In this document: positions 39,689 through 53,715 of the stretch, one piece after another
Position numbering within the stretch: position 1 is the stretch's first letter
How the letters are laid out: every line of letters starts with the position of its first letter
NCBI GenBank assembly: GCA_013239625.1
Contig: MU053513.1
Coordinates: 144,370 to 208,369 of the forward strand
Source of the DNA: Lama guanicoe
Taxonomy: Eukaryota
DNA length: 64,000 nucleotides
Reading direction: 5' to 3'
The notes under the pieces: generated by a model
Seen by the model: only the letters and a program-made list of their open reading frames with translations
Database searches by the model: none
What the model was told of the DNA's origin: nothing
Translations under genes and position numbers: made by a program

Positions 39689-41742
39689 GATAGTTTCTAT
39701 AGAAAAACAAATCAGTAAGTTGGAAAGTGACTTTGAAGGACTCTCCCAGAAGCAAGTATGAAATATTAAAGAAATGCTGTGAGAATGGAAATGACAAAAT
39801 CAAGACAATAAGAGATCTGGGGAAAGGAAGGTGTGCTGCACAGAGAAGAGATTGTTTGTGGACTGAAAAAGTGAGGATTCAAAGGTTACACACATGCTAT
39901 AGATGACACAGTTACCATGAGGTAGAGCCAAGCTCTGTCTCAGGCAATCTGACTCTTAGCTCCAAACCTCTCTTATTATAGCTGCCTCCTTGAGGTAAAG
40001 AAGTAATTAGAGGAACTTTGCTGATAACTTTGCAAACAGCTCCCCTCCTTCCCAACAGGTATCAGATTACTCTGTTCTGTAGTTTTCTTATAGGACTTAA
40101 CCTGCAATTGATTTAGATCATCTGTTCATTATCTTCATTATTGTCTTCACTGCACCAAGAATGCAAACCCTTGTAAAGAGAGACCTATTCCTCATTGTAT
40201 CTCCAACCCTTAGAACTCAACTGTTCCATAATAAGCCATAAAATTTCACTGAAAAATAATTTGTAAACCATTGACTATGTCAAAGCCTGAGGACGTTCTT
40301 CTCAGGTCACCCTCACTGCTGACATGACGAGAATTAAAATAGACTTCAGGGAGTCTACCAAACAGTCAGTTTATAAGGAAACTGGCAGGAGCAGCTGGGA
40401 GTGGGACAAAGGGATGGTAACATTTTGCTAGTGTCTAGTAAAAACAGTTGTTTGGAGTAAATGTACTCTGAGTACTGTAGGTAAGGGCTTAATGATGTTT
40501 TTCTAGGCAGCAACACAATTTAAGTGGTTCCCTTTACACCAAATCTAAAGAGATATTTAAAACATTTCCATGATTCAGTTGCTGCAGATATATTGAGTGA
40601 GGTGAGAAATATCCCTTTAGCATGTATGAGATCATGTGATGCAGGAAACAGAAAATATTGCAACCATTAAAATATAATTAATAATGGTTGTATTTTAGAG
40701 ACAAATTTGGATAGTTACGGAAACAGAGATATACATTGATAGCAGCAAATTAATTAATTAATTGATTATTTAGTGCTCAATCTGAAGAGAGTCAATATAC
40801 AACATGTATGGGGATGAAATACAGGATTTGATCACTGAAAATGAATCCGATGAGAAAAGAAGAGAACTACACAATGTCAGCAAGGAGATATCTCCCCGTC
40901 CCATTTTCCTCTATACAATAAACACAGTGTCAAAATGATAAGGCATTTATAGGTAACACTAGAGTTGCACAGTATGTCTGCCTTATATTAGTTCTAGCAT
41001 GTATGTATCACACACATATAACATTGTTGTTAAATTTATGAAATAGAGTAATATAATCTAATAAATATTTATATATCAAATTATAAAAATGGAATAAGAG
41101 AAAATTATATATAGTGTTTAGTATATTTACATATTTGTGTATATATAAATAGATTCATTTCAATGGCTTCCTCTTATTTTTTTAAATTTCTGAATTAAAA
41201 AAAAAATAAGGCCATAATGAATAACTGGTACCATACTTTTCTTTCTACCCTAAACAACTATAGAGTTGGCCAAAATCTATGTGGCAACTATTGTCAGACA
41301 ATGGTACTATAGCACTGTGATTATGGAGGGAAGGGAAATGCATGAAATGAGCCTCACACTTTATTGTGGAGTTTATAACATACATAGACATAAAATATTT
41401 CAAAATTGTCCAAAAATAGATGATGGTTTCTAAAAATCCAATACAGAATATAAAGTAAAGTACTAAAAACATCACTGTGATCAAAACCAAGGCGGAAAGT
41501 GACATTAGCAGGAAGAGAAGAGTGAGAACCTCACCAGACCACTTTCTCGTAAAAGCAGAAGAAACCAGTTTTTTAGAATTCTGAAAATTAATCAAGGGCT
41601 TGAAAAAATCTGAAAAGAATTGATTGAAAAAAAACAGGTAAATCTTGGAAAGACTAGTGAACTTTGTGGCATTTTAACTTGCTATATTCCCATCCTTTTC
41701 CTAAATTCTATAGCAGCCTTTGTATTAAAATCTAGGCATTAT

Positions 41743-42015
41743 TATTATCCAGGTAGTGTGAGGCCAACAAATCAGGAGGTGATTGCCAGTTGAAAAGATA
41801 GTTTGTTACTAACAATTCCAAGAGGAGGAGGTCCATGCCACGCGGGACCACAGCAGGAAGCATCAGGGTCAATCCAGAGACAAAGAGGGTGTGTGGAAAA
41901 CGGGGCAAGAGCCTTTCTGTGGTTCCTGCAGGAAGGGATGGGCGGGCTTAGGACTGGTTTGTAAAGGAATTGTGTCTAGTTTTCTGGTGCTTAGTCCTGG
42001 GCTGATTAGGGCAAA
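41743..42015 (-). mobile_element. ERVL LTR fragment (MER74-like)
   Basis: ttatccaggtagtgtgaggccaacaaatcaggaggtgattgccagttgaaaagatagtttgttact. Confidence 0.65.
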
Positions 42016-42173
42016 CTGGGGAAAGACAGGCTATACAGAAAGATTTATGAGAGAAGTGACCCATCACATACAAGGATCCGGTGCTTAGTCCTGGGCTGAT
42101 TAGGGCAAACTGGGGAAAGACAGGCTATACAGAAAGGTTTATGAGAGAAGTGACCCATCACATACAAGGATCC
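41986..42173. repeat. 94-bp tandem duplication (2 copies, 1 mismatch)
   Basis: 41986-42079 and 42080-42173 identical except agattt/aggttt. Confidence 0.95.
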
Positions 42174-42306
42174 TTGATTAACAGCTCAATTAATATCCTC
42201 AATTAACATACAGAGGGTAAAGATTAACAGCTGCTTTTTCATGGAGAAAGTCATGGAAGCCAGAAGGAAGTGCAATGACATATTTAAGAAGCTGAAAAGG
42301 AAAATA

Positions 42307-42337
<31 letters not shown>

Positions 42338-42434
42338 CAAAAAAAAACAACTCTCAACCCAGAAAGCTGTTGTGGTTACATTAACTAGTTTGACACAGCT
42401 AATATCATGATATTGCTGGTAGGATCAATGCAAT

Positions 42435-42790
42435 CCCATTCATTAACCTTTGTGCAAATCAATTTCTAGGCACTGAGAGTATAGCACATTTGGAAGATAA
42501 AATTTTCTGTCCTTAAAGATCTTACATTCTGGCTGCAAAACAGATATAAAACAACTAATAGCCAATGATTCAATTGCAGTGATTTAAATACAATTATGCA
42601 TATAATTATATACACAGATTATTTATATACACAGATTATATATACTTGTATATATATATATATATAGACAGAAAGTGAGAATAGACTGCTAATAGTTATA
42701 ACAAAAGTCACTGACCTGGTCTGGTGCGGCCTATATGGCTTCCTTAAGGAAATGATGTTTGAACAGAACTGCTAAAGGCGAGTAGAAAAC
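42435..42790 (-). mobile_element. L2 3' fragment
   Basis: cattcatt...ctaggcactgagagtatagc...tgtccttaaagatcttacattct...ggcttccttaaggaaatgatgtttgaac. Confidence 0.65.
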
Positions 42791-45327
42791 CTTAGCTTTT
42801 AGCCCATAGTCATCATTCATTTACTCATCTCGGAGCGACAAGTGTCACATCCAAAAATGCGCCTATCTTGTTCACTAACACAGTCTCACTGACCCATCGC
42901 TTGTGCCGAATTAATGAGTCTTTTTTTCCATACAATGTATGGAAGGGTTTTCATATAGTAGCACATAAGAACAGAACTAGTTACAGAGGAACTATGAAGA
43001 AATAGTTTTGAGGTTTACAATTCACACACAGCTGATAAGGCATGTTTAAAAGTGGCATGATAAATATATAAATATTTTTGAAATAGCCAGCATGGAAAAT
43101 GAACTGAACGATACTTTATGTTAATAGAGACTAAAGTTCATAAATTAGTTTTTCATGAAAAACTTTTGCATTTTTTTTATTATGGACAAAGAATGATTTA
43201 ATGGATATATAGATATAGATATATACTTATTATATGCATTTATCTGCGTATACATATAAATATTTTATACATATATAAAATGTTCTGATAGAACATTTAG
43301 AAAAATTTATCCATGTTAAGGAGATTTTTGAACATAAAACTTTCCTTTACTGTTTTCTAATAATGCTCCTAAACATTTTTTATTGTATTGTTTAGTTTAT
43401 ATAGCTTTATATTTGGGCAAGTTTATCACTGGTAATTACAACTAGAAATGGCCAAGCTGCTGTGTTTATAATAACACATAGATTATTGCTAATATAATGT
43501 AACTTTGACTTTTAATGAGTCTGGCAAATTTTACAAACAAGTATGCCAGGCACATCTTTTCATTACTGCCTAAGACTCATTAATATGCTTATTTTGTCAA
43601 ACATCTTGACTGACAAGTTAAATATTACTGCCACATTCATATGAGTTGTAAGAACACAACAGTGAAGGGGAAAGCTTTTTCTTTGGCTCTAATTAAACAG
43701 GGTGTTATCTTACCATTGTTGTTGGTAAGATAGGTCCTACAAGCTTTTCAGGTTCAACAAAGTAAATGTGCAATTGAAAATAATATGTTTTGCTCCTTGT
43801 TTAAGCTCTATATGCAAAGAGGGATATTTCTTTAGGATATGCAGTAACTCTTCAGCCAGAACCACATTTTATTCAATCATATGGTCCAGGGATCTAAAGC
43901 TATATTCTTATAAATAAACACTCACTGGTCTGCTATGGTACAGATGGCAGATAGCCACATAGTTCCAACAAAGGAAAACAAATTAAGATTCAACATTTAT
44001 CTATAGAAAGACTTACATAAAATTATGGTTTATAGAAACATTTTTATAAAATTATACTTTATGGACAATATCCTATTCATGTCCACCACATTATACAGTG
44101 TGTACCAAAGGACCACTTTAAAGGAATGATCAATTATTTCATAACCAATATAATAATGCATCTTGTAATATATTACTTAATTTAGAAATCATAAGAAAAT
44201 CTGTGAAAATTAACTTTGCTAAATATTAAATTATCCACCCATTACTAAAAACAGTGAGCAGTACATATACATATATGTTACATATGTATTTATGACTATA
44301 TATGCATATATATGCAATTTATATGTATTGCAAATATAAATATATATATATTTAAGCTCAAAGGGTAGAGTAGAATGGGCCCTAGAGATGTGTCTGTATA
44401 TTCCCATCATTTCACCCAAAATTGAGGAGAAAGAGATTAAATGATTTATCAGCTCACTGCTGAAACTGGGTCTGAAAATCACTTCTTTCCATCCTCTCTT
44501 GACATTTCTCTTTTTATTTTAGCAACAAATTAATATTTATAGATTATTATTAAAGTATATATGTTTGTTTTTATTCAGAAGTGTAAACATGAACAATGCA
44601 ATGTAAACAATTATTTAGTTTTACACTATTGCTGCCAAGAGATGATTCTGAGGGACTTCAGTTTTCCATCAGCATCAGTCCTACTCAATCTCTGTGAAAC
44701 CTAGGCTGTGTTTGCAAAGCAAATGCAATTCAAGACAAGTCATCTAATGTGCCCTCAGCCCTCCCTCACACCCATTCCAACTACACCTCCTGCATGCAAA
44801 GCCTGGACATGTCATTGCTGTTTCTTAAAAGAAAATAGGCTGATCAAATATGACTTAGCAGGAAAGAGGGTGTTAAATCTGGGTGCACCAGAGAAATAAT
44901 CCCATTCAGCATGCCCGATTTGCTGGTGAAGAAACCTGCCTCTTGAATTTCACCCATATCCTTGTACATTTCACTTAGATGATGCAATGCTCTCTTTGAT
45001 TGCAAGTTAGAATTTTATTTGACTAATTCTTTTAATAAAATTAGTCTGCTCTGCTTTGTAACAAATGAAAAATCAACAACTAAGTTTACATTTCTCCATC
45101 TTGGAGAATGGACAGATTGATACAGTGCTCTGAAATAGATCTGAAACAGATACCATAATAGATTTGGTTTGTGTGCTTGAAACATATTATGTGACTAATA
45201 CCATGATGTTAATTACATTCAGTTATGACAATAATAACTAATATTTGTTGTCAGGTACTGTTCTAAGCATTTTATGTAGATGGCATTTTTTAATCTTTGC
45301 AAGAACTCTATGTAATCACTTTACAAT

Positions 45328-45665
45328 CATAAGAAGGGGGGGTGGTTAATTGTAAACGTCTTAGTATTAGAATCCTTAGTTCTTGCAGCTGTCCACGTAA
45401 GTCAGGTTACCATGTTCCTATAAACCCCCAACAAGACAAATGTTATTCTCTGTTCTGCAATGTTTTATCTCTATAGAAATGTAAAATGTTATACCTTTAT
45501 AGACCAGAGTCTTGAGAATTGGCTATCTGGTATGTTTCAGGCTATAGGCAACATTCTTTTGCAGAAAGTGGAGAACCAGCATGACTAAGCACTGGAAACA
45601 GAGCATAGCATTAGAGCCAAAGGAATAGATTCAATATGGAGTCCGATGAGTTCTTCCCTATTACA
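45328..45665 (-). mobile_element. 3'-truncated ERV1 LTR (MER41-like), paralogue of 58466-59048, lying between MIR pieces
   Basis: Reverse complement (tgtaatagggaagaactcatcggactccatatt...gtcatgctggttct...aaaagaatgttgcctatagcctgaaa) aligns with 58466-58860; MIR pieces at ~45230-45310 and ~45770-45900. Confidence 0.85.
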
Positions 45666-47810
45666 TTTTGAACCATTCAAAGGTTGTGTTTATTTAGTGC
45701 TAATAATAGGTAATTCTTAATGAACCAAATAGTAAACCTTCTTCCCATTTAACTGTACACATACTAATGTAATCATCAGAGTAGCACTATTATATAAATA
45801 CTACCCCTATTTATAATTGAGAAATTTGAGGCACAGAAAGGTTAAGTGGTTTGTCCACATTTGTCTAGCAAGAAAGTGGCAGAGTCAAATTTGAATTCAA
45901 TCTTCAAATATTAACATCATAGTTACTCAGAAATATTACATCAGTAAAGTACCCTAGAATTCCATAGTTAGCCATAGCACATAGCCCAGCTACCACACAG
46001 TGAAAGAACTTAGAACTGCATCCATAGGGGCTGGTAAACCTCTGGGTCAGATTCTAATGGAATCATCCTAGATTAGCCAGTTTCCCCATATATAATGTGG
46101 AGGTCACTTTGATGAATGAATGAGATTTCCTTTTATGTGAGCAAACCCAGCATAGTGTCAAGCACATAGTAGTTGCTTAACAATTATTATGTTAATCAAT
46201 AATATACATGTTTGTACAAAAGGAAATTAAACTATTTGGATGGACCTACTCACCTGTTTAGAAGAGAAGAAACTGAAGCAAGAGAAGTCATTCACAAAAG
46301 GAATAAAAGCAATTAGAAGCTATGCTCCATTATAAAAAATTGAACGTTGAAGCCATACCTTATTCCTTTTATACTACTGCATGGAACCTACCTAGCACAT
46401 CAAGAAGTGTTCAGTAAATGATTATTGAACTCAACTGAAATCTCACTATTATGCATGTGAGTTTTATTATATGTAAAAGCTAGTTATTTAAATAAACAAA
46501 AAATACCACACTTGTTTGGTTAACATTAGAACAGCGTTGTTAGTCAAACAGACTTAAATATACCTAAATTGAGTTAGTTTTTCTCTCTCTACAACAGTCA
46601 GAAAACATTCCCCAGTCCTCACAGAACCTGGATTCTGGACAAAGTCAGACGTGAACAGCAGAAGGGCCCCTGGAGCAAATGGAGGATAGGTCTCTTCTTG
46701 GATTCCCTGTTACCCTTCATTGCACGACGCTAGTGTTGTCACTGCATTGTCAGAATCAACTCACTCCTGCATAGTACAGCTCCTTAAGAAATTTCTTTCT
46801 CCAGACTCCAGGCAGAAGCCAGGTTTTCATGGGCCGTCAGGGAAGAGATAGGGCAAACAATTTTCCTTTCTCTTTCAGCAGCCTGTATTTTCCCCATCTA
46901 CGTATCATTTCACTTCACAGAACTAGAAAGGGATAAATGAGCAAATGAATTTTCAATTACTAGTTACATTTTCCTTACATTTAACCTTTACAAAGTTCCA
47001 TAGAACCAGTTAATTAACCCAATTCATGATTGTAACGGTCATGCGGAGGTGCGTGTAAGTACATTTTAATCATGAAGCTTTCACTAGATGATCAATTTGT
47101 TGTCCTAAAAATAAGAAATTACACTCTGTGTAAATACAGTCAAACTTACATTTGTAAATACCTTCAATTTTCTTTAATATGTTGCTCCTTTTAATATTTC
47201 TTATTTTGTAAAAAAAATCAACATTTTCTTTTGCTCGAATACATTTTCATTGCATTACATCTTGCTTGTTACTACTTTCTTCTCAGTGGTTGTTCTGAAA
47301 AATTTCTACTATTATGATTACCCAAAAGATCAGCTAGTCCTAGCCCCTTCTCATGTGACAGATGAAAATACTCATGTCCATGGAGTAAGCGATAATCCTA
47401 AATTCACAAAGTTAGTTAATGCACCAAGTTAGTTGGCTAAATATATAGGTGAACATGGCAGAGCTGTGATCAGACTTCATATAGTCTTACTCTTCTTTTT
47501 TTCTTCGATAAAATTTATGATTAAAATGTATCAAAATGATCACTAAATTATTACACCATAATTAAATAATAAAATACTATATATTCATTTAAAATATGAG
47601 TATATAATTTCTTATAAAATAGCTATGTGTTCATCATATTGCATTTTAAGGTTTTATATTTTTAATCCTCTCAAAAAAGAACAAATTATAATTATCAAGA
47701 CACATAAAAGTAAAATATGTTCCCCATAATTAATTCTAAATCATTTTATGTAATTTTACTAAGCAGGTCTACGAAAATATACCCCATGCTAACTAACAAC
47801 ATTACACAGG

Positions 47811-47819
47811 GTGTGTGTG

Positions 47820-47854
<35 letters not shown>
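47811..47854. repeat. (TG)n microsatellite with one interruption
   Basis: Directly visible. Confidence 0.95.
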
Positions 47855-47857
<3 letters not shown>

Positions 47858-48779
47858 CATATATATTCTCCAAAATTAAACAGGTGGGAATTGATAAAAT
47901 TCATTTTGAGTAGTTCTGTCAAAATGTATCCAGTCCTCTCCTTGGCCTTGACTAGATTAAGTTTTCAAAAAAAAAAAAAATTGGCGTTTTGCAAATAGTT
48001 TTATTCAATCACTCTAGTGAAAGACTTTATAGGAAAATCTTGGAAGAACAGAAATTAAGATGAGGAAGAAGAATCAGAAATTGTCAACTATAAAATTTTA
48101 TTGAAGGTAATAGTTGGTATATGTCTGAAAGGATTAACATGTAAGGACATTTGCTGAGATAAATGGAAGGAAAAAAGCTCAAATCTCTCCATTAGGGTGT
48201 GAGTTGTTATTTCAGAGAAGATAATCAGGTGAGATGATTTATCAGCACTGTGGTTAGAAAATTGTGAGGAAAATTCCACTCTTAAGAAAACCACAACATT
48301 TGATACAATTTTTATACTCGAAAAGAGATCTTCCACATAAACTGAATGCTGTAGAGGAATCAAGGTTCAAGAGGGGAACCTGAGGGGTGTTTAAAATGGC
48401 CTTTAAATAAACTGGAAGTGGCTACTATCTACTCATTTGGAGAAAGGATGGCATAGAACACCCGCAATTGGTACATAAGTTTAGCCACAGGTGTACCGAT
48501 GAAAATCATCCAAAATAAAATAAAAAATGTAATTTAACTTACTTAGCTTGGGGATTTTAAAAACTATATTCAGTTTGTCATCTTCAACTCTGACTGAATA
48601 GATAAAGGTCCACAATTACAATTTCATAGCATGAAATACTCCAGGTGATTACTATGTGTATTGTGCCAACACAAAGCTGTTTTCTCCAGATCACTTCACC
48701 TCATGCTGTAGTTATCAACTAAAGGAAGTGAGAATAAAAGATTTAGGGAAGAAGCAGGTAAAGTCCCTCAAAATCAAGT

Positions 48780-49310
48780 GCATTTACCTGAAAACATAGC
48801 TTCTAAAACTATAAAAGTTGATGGAAATAAAAGGAAATATAGATAAATACACAAACATAGTTGGACATCTTAATATACCTTTTAAATATCATATAGAATA
48901 AGCAGAAAATAATTAATAAATTAGTAAGGAAGTACTGATGATGTAAAAAACACAATTCACTAAGTTTAGCTTAGTTTAGACCTATTTAAAAACCTCCAAC
49001 CAGTAACTTAAAATCCACTTTCTTTTTAAGTACTTGTGGACATTTACTGAAATAGATCATATATTAGACAAAAAAGTTAAATTAAATATTAATCTATAGT
49101 AACAAAAATCATAATAGTGGTTAATCTCGAAGAAATTTGAAAGAGAAGGGGCACAGAGGAGACTCTGGACTGCTATAAATATTCTATATTTTCTTATGGA
49201 TAGTGTTCATACTATAATATACACGTGTATAAATCCACAAATTTGTGCAACTAAAATTTGTATGATTATTGGTATGTAATTTATACCACTACAAAATTTT
49301 TTTAAAAAAC
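48780..49310 (+). mobile_element. Old L1ME-type remnant: ORF2 endonuclease piece abutting a 3'UTR piece
   Basis: aaaggaaatatagataaatacacaaacatagttggacatcttaatatacc...catttactgaaatagatcatatattag, then atagtggttaatctc...aaatattctatatttt...taatttatacc. Confidence 0.6.
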
Positions 49311-49537
49311 ACTAATATCAAATAGAGAATTCAACAAGACTCTGGAGTTCAACCCACGCTGAAAGAACTTCCGTGTACCAGACACTTAAGTTTCTCCATC
49401 TCCCCCCCCATTCTTAGTTATTTAGGAAATAAAGAAATGATAAATGATATAAGCTATGTCATTAACTCTAACAATCAAAATTTGATTAAATTTATATATA
49501 TTCATACTTTATGTAATATATGGCATATATATATATG

Positions 49538-49578
<41 letters not shown>

Positions 49579-49622
49579 TATACTTTTTTAAGGTACCGTC
49601 TCCTGACCAACACTTAGCTATA

Positions 49623-50105
49623 TGTGGTTGTCCATTACACTGGTGGCCCAAATGAACCATACTTCTGTGAATTCCCATTGATTTAACATAGACTGTGACT
49701 CGCTTTTAACCAACAGAATGTGGTAGAAGTGACATTGGTCTCAGTGGAATTTTCTGGCCCCTGCCTAAAAAAGGACTGGTAGCTTCCAATTCTGCACACT
49801 TGAGAACCCTGGACTAAGAAGGCCAGCTGCTTGGAGCGAGCGCAGAGGGGCCATGTGAAGGAGGAGAGGGCCAAAACCACCTAGAGGGAGCGGACCCACT
49901 GTGCCAGGGTCTCAGCTAAGCCTGGTCTCTAGCCAACCCACTACCTGAATGCATCCAACCAACGGACCACCAGCAAGCTGGGCAGTGAAACACGCTCTCA
50001 GTGGAATCTAGCCCAGACTGTAAGACTGAGCGAATACATTAGTTGGTCTTTAAACCACTAGGTTTTAGGGTGGTTTGTTATATGCAGGAATAGGTAACCG
50101 AAACA
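49623..50105 (+). mobile_element. MaLR LTR, MLT1H-like
   Basis: gtgactcgcttttaaccaacagaatgtggtagaagtgac...taaaccactaggttttagggtggtttgttatatgcaggaataggtaaccgaaaca. Confidence 0.8.
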
Positions 50106-50576
50106 CTGTATCATTAACTTAGCTTAGGGGTTGGAGTTAAGTATGGTAATTAGGCAGAACAGAGATGGAATGGACATTGGGGTTGCCACCAAAGTGACTT
50201 TCATGTTCACCTCAAGTAAGAGTGATGAAGCATATAATGGATTTTGGGTCTTTTAAAATCTAGCCTGAATTTCTATGAAAATAATTCTCTTTATCTTAAT
50301 TGGAGTTGAGTTAGTATTATGTTTGCAAAATAGCCACAGGGAGGCCTACTGACCTAGCTTTTGTATAGAAAATCAAAGTGTGAATCTTAATTTCATAGGC
50401 ATTGAAGAAACTCCTGGCTTGTGTGTTTGAATCCAGAGGTTAACATATTTAAAGGCCTTTTATATTGTCTTAATAGGATAATTTAAAACGAAAGTTAAAC
50501 AAAGGATAATGTTTCTTTTAGTTGCTTGGATGATTCAGAGGGAAAAAGTTTCAAACTGCATAAATAGAAAATAATA

Positions 50577-50765
50577 CAGATTTGCCAGATAAAATATAGG
50601 CACCTAGTTAAATTTAACTTTGAGATACACAATGAATAATTTTTTGCTGTGAGTATGTCCTGGGCAATATTTGGAACATACTTATAGTAAAAAGCATTCT
50701 TTGTTTTAAATAAAATTCAAATTTAACTATATCTGGTATTTTCATTGGCTAAATCTGGCAACCTG
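50577..50765. mobile_element. MER53-like palindromic hAT MITE, full length
   Basis: TIRs ttgccagat / atctggcaa; internal palindromy agttaaattt...aaatttaact and agtatgtcc...ggaacatact. Confidence 0.85.
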
Positions 50766-52089
50766 ACACACTGGTGTAGTCAGTACCTCAGCTGGCAGAA
50801 GGAAGGATGGGATGGTGGGTAGGTGGGATGTGGGTAGGATGAGGTAAGTGGCAGAGGAGGAATCAGAGCAAAGGAGTTTAAGAAGAGAGGTAGATACTAT
50901 GGAATCGTTGTTTTGGAAGTGGGAAAATAAACTTGTCCCAAAGCGTAATAATACTCCATGGAAATGTAAAATGTGTAGTCAGGAATGTATACAAATTTTC
51001 TCCATTATTCTCTCTAACTGATCTCAGTTTGTGTTCTCCAACTGATGGGGAACAAAGATTTGACAATTCATGATATCTCATTTTCCCCCCAGCGTAACAT
51101 TTACTGTTGGATGACTCAGTCTATTCTGAGAAAATATTTAGTCTTTCAGGTTCTACCTCTTCCCACTCACCCTACTTGAGATGCTGCTAAGGGGGCATAT
51201 GGGGGGCTGAGGGTGACAGGGGAGGGGAGCACCCATCCACTGACCTTGAGTTGAAACACCTGTTCCCACTTGTGCCCGCATTTTCACATTGGCCCCCACC
51301 GTGACCAAACATGCAAGTTATGTAAGGACCCCTACCGGAGAAGAATGTGGCACCCACTGCCGCTGGGGGCTGTCACCTCCTGCTTACCCAGTCACACTGA
51401 GGGCTTCTCTTAGGTACTTACACACAGTAGGAAAGAGGCTGACACTAGGATTTTATACACTCATTTTTCAAAGAAAGAGATTTGTCAGGAAGCTTCTAAA
51501 AAATAGGTTATATGTAGATTCACTTTTATGAAATAGTCAAACTTTGAGTGGAATTATTTTGTACTATTTATTTGAAGAACATATTAGTTCTATGAAGTTG
51601 GCTAAGATCAAATATTTATGAAAATGCAGGTAATTTTTTAATATCTACTGACAGATGGCCTCAATAGATCCTGTATTTACTATCTGTGCCTTGTTCTCAC
51701 CAATCTTCTTCATTCCATATAAACTTAGTGTTTACCTGGGGGTATATCAATAGTTCATGAGTTTGATTTTAAATAAGAATCCCTGTGTTGTGGCATAGTG
51801 AGACTTATCTTTCGCTTTTAAAAATGTAATCAGTACCCCAAATAATATCACTATTCTCACTAAAGCCTAAGTTTTTATGTTCAGGGAAAACTGATGCTTT
51901 TCCAGTTTAGAAAAAGAACTGCTCCTTTTGAAACATTAAAAAACACTAACATCTTAAATATGCATTGGGAACTATTAATGCTGAAAGGAGATCTGGCTAC
52001 TATAAAATTTATATAATATAACCTCTTACCTCTTTTGATAAAGTTAATTTTTTAATGACAAAAATTTAAAAGAAAAAATGGTTAAATAT

Positions 52090-53715
52090 TTTAAATTCAA
52101 TTTATTTAAATTAAAAAAAAAAAAAACAAGAACTGTAAACCCATTTCCTTTCTCCCCACCCACACCTCTGGCAACCATGAATCTGTTCTCTGTATCTACG
52201 GGCTTAGTTTTTGTTTGCTTGTTTTAATTCCACATATAAGAGAGATCGCATGGCATTTATCTTTCTCTGTCTGACATATTCACTTGGCATAATGCCCTTA
52301 AGGTCCATTCAGGTTGTCCCAAATGGCAAGATTTCTTTCTTTTCTATGGTTGAATAACAGTTCATCATGTATACGTACACACACACATACACACATACAC
52401 ACACATGAATTTATCACGTTTCCTTATCCATTTGTCTGTTGATAGACCCTTAGTTTGCTTCTGTATCTTGGCTATTGTAAACAATGCTGCAGTGAGCATG
52501 GGGGTGTGTATATCTTCTAAAGTGCATTTTTGTTTTCTTTGAATAAATACCCAGAAGTAGAATTTCTGGACCATATGGTACTCTTATTTTTAATCATTTG
52601 AGGAACTCCCATACTGTCTTCCATGGTGGCTACACTGATTTACATTCTCACCAAGAGTGCACAGGAGCTCCTTTTTCCCCACATCCTCACCGACACTTCT
52701 TATTTACAGTCTTTTTGATAATTACCATTTTAACAGGCATCAGGTGATACATTATTGTGGTTTTGATTTGCATTTTCCTGATGATTAATGACGTAAAGTA
52801 TCTTTTTTGTGTACTTATTGTCTAGCCATATTGTCTTCCTCAAAAATAATGTCTAGTCAGATCTGCCCATTTTTTAATTGGATTTTTTTTTTTTGCTATT
52901 GACTTGTATGGATATCTTTACATATTTTGGACATTAGCCTCTTATCGATTCAGTAGGCTGCTTTTTCATTTTGTTGATGGTTTCCTTTACTGTGCAGAGG
53001 CTTTTGAGTTCAGTGTAGTCCCATTTGTTTATTGTGGCTTTTATTGCTATTGCTTTGATGTCAGATTAAAAAAAAATGACCTAGACCTATGTCAAGGAGC
53101 GTACCACCTATTTTTTCTTCTAGGAGTTTTATGATTTCTGATCTTAAGTTCAAGTATTTAATTCATTTTGAGTTAATTTTTATACATAGTGTAAGACAGT
53201 GGTCCAGTTTCATTTTTTTTTGTGGCAGTTCAATTTTTCCAACACCATTTATTGAAGAGATTTTCCTTCCTCATTGTGTATTTTTGGCTCTGTGGTTGTA
53301 ATTTTATTGACAATATGTCTGTGGGCTTGATTTTGGAGTCTCCATTCAGTTTCATTGATCTATATGTCTGTGTTTATGCTAATACCACACTGTTTTAATT
53401 ACTATAGCTTTGTAATATAGCACAAAATGAGCACAATGTCTCCAGCATTGTTGTTGTTGTTATTGTTTTCCTCAAGAATGCTTTGACTCTTTGGGGTCCT
53501 TTGTGGTTCTACATAAATTTTAGGATAGTTCTATTTCTGTGCAAAATGCCATTGGAATTTCGATAGGGATAGCATTGATTCTGTACATTGCTCTGTGTAG
53601 GTATGATCTTTTTGACAACATTAATTCTCCCAAACCATGAGCATGAAATCTCTGAAATCTCTTCCCATTTATTTGTGTCTTCTTCAACTTATTCTCTTAA
53701 TGTCTTATGGTTTTC
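52090..53715 (-). mobile_element. L1 3'UTR and ORF2 3' part
   Basis: Antisense ORF2 hallmarks (attgtggttttgatttgcattttcctgatgatta; ttccaacaccatttattgaagaga; actatagctttgtaatatag); resumes at ~54460-54590. Confidence 0.9.

Larger units (their letters stand above)
41250..42365 (+). mobile_element. Old L1M 5'UTR and ORF1 remnants interrupted by an LTR
   Basis: 5'UTR-like gaactttgtggcattttaacttgc; ORF1-like catcacatacaagg...agattaacagctg...catggaagccagaagg...tcaacccagaa. Confidence 0.6.

Noticed and set aside
48010..48530. Purine-rich stretch ending in aataaa/A-rich run (possible processed pseudogene)
   Set aside because: No recognisable protein in the frames read and no TSD found
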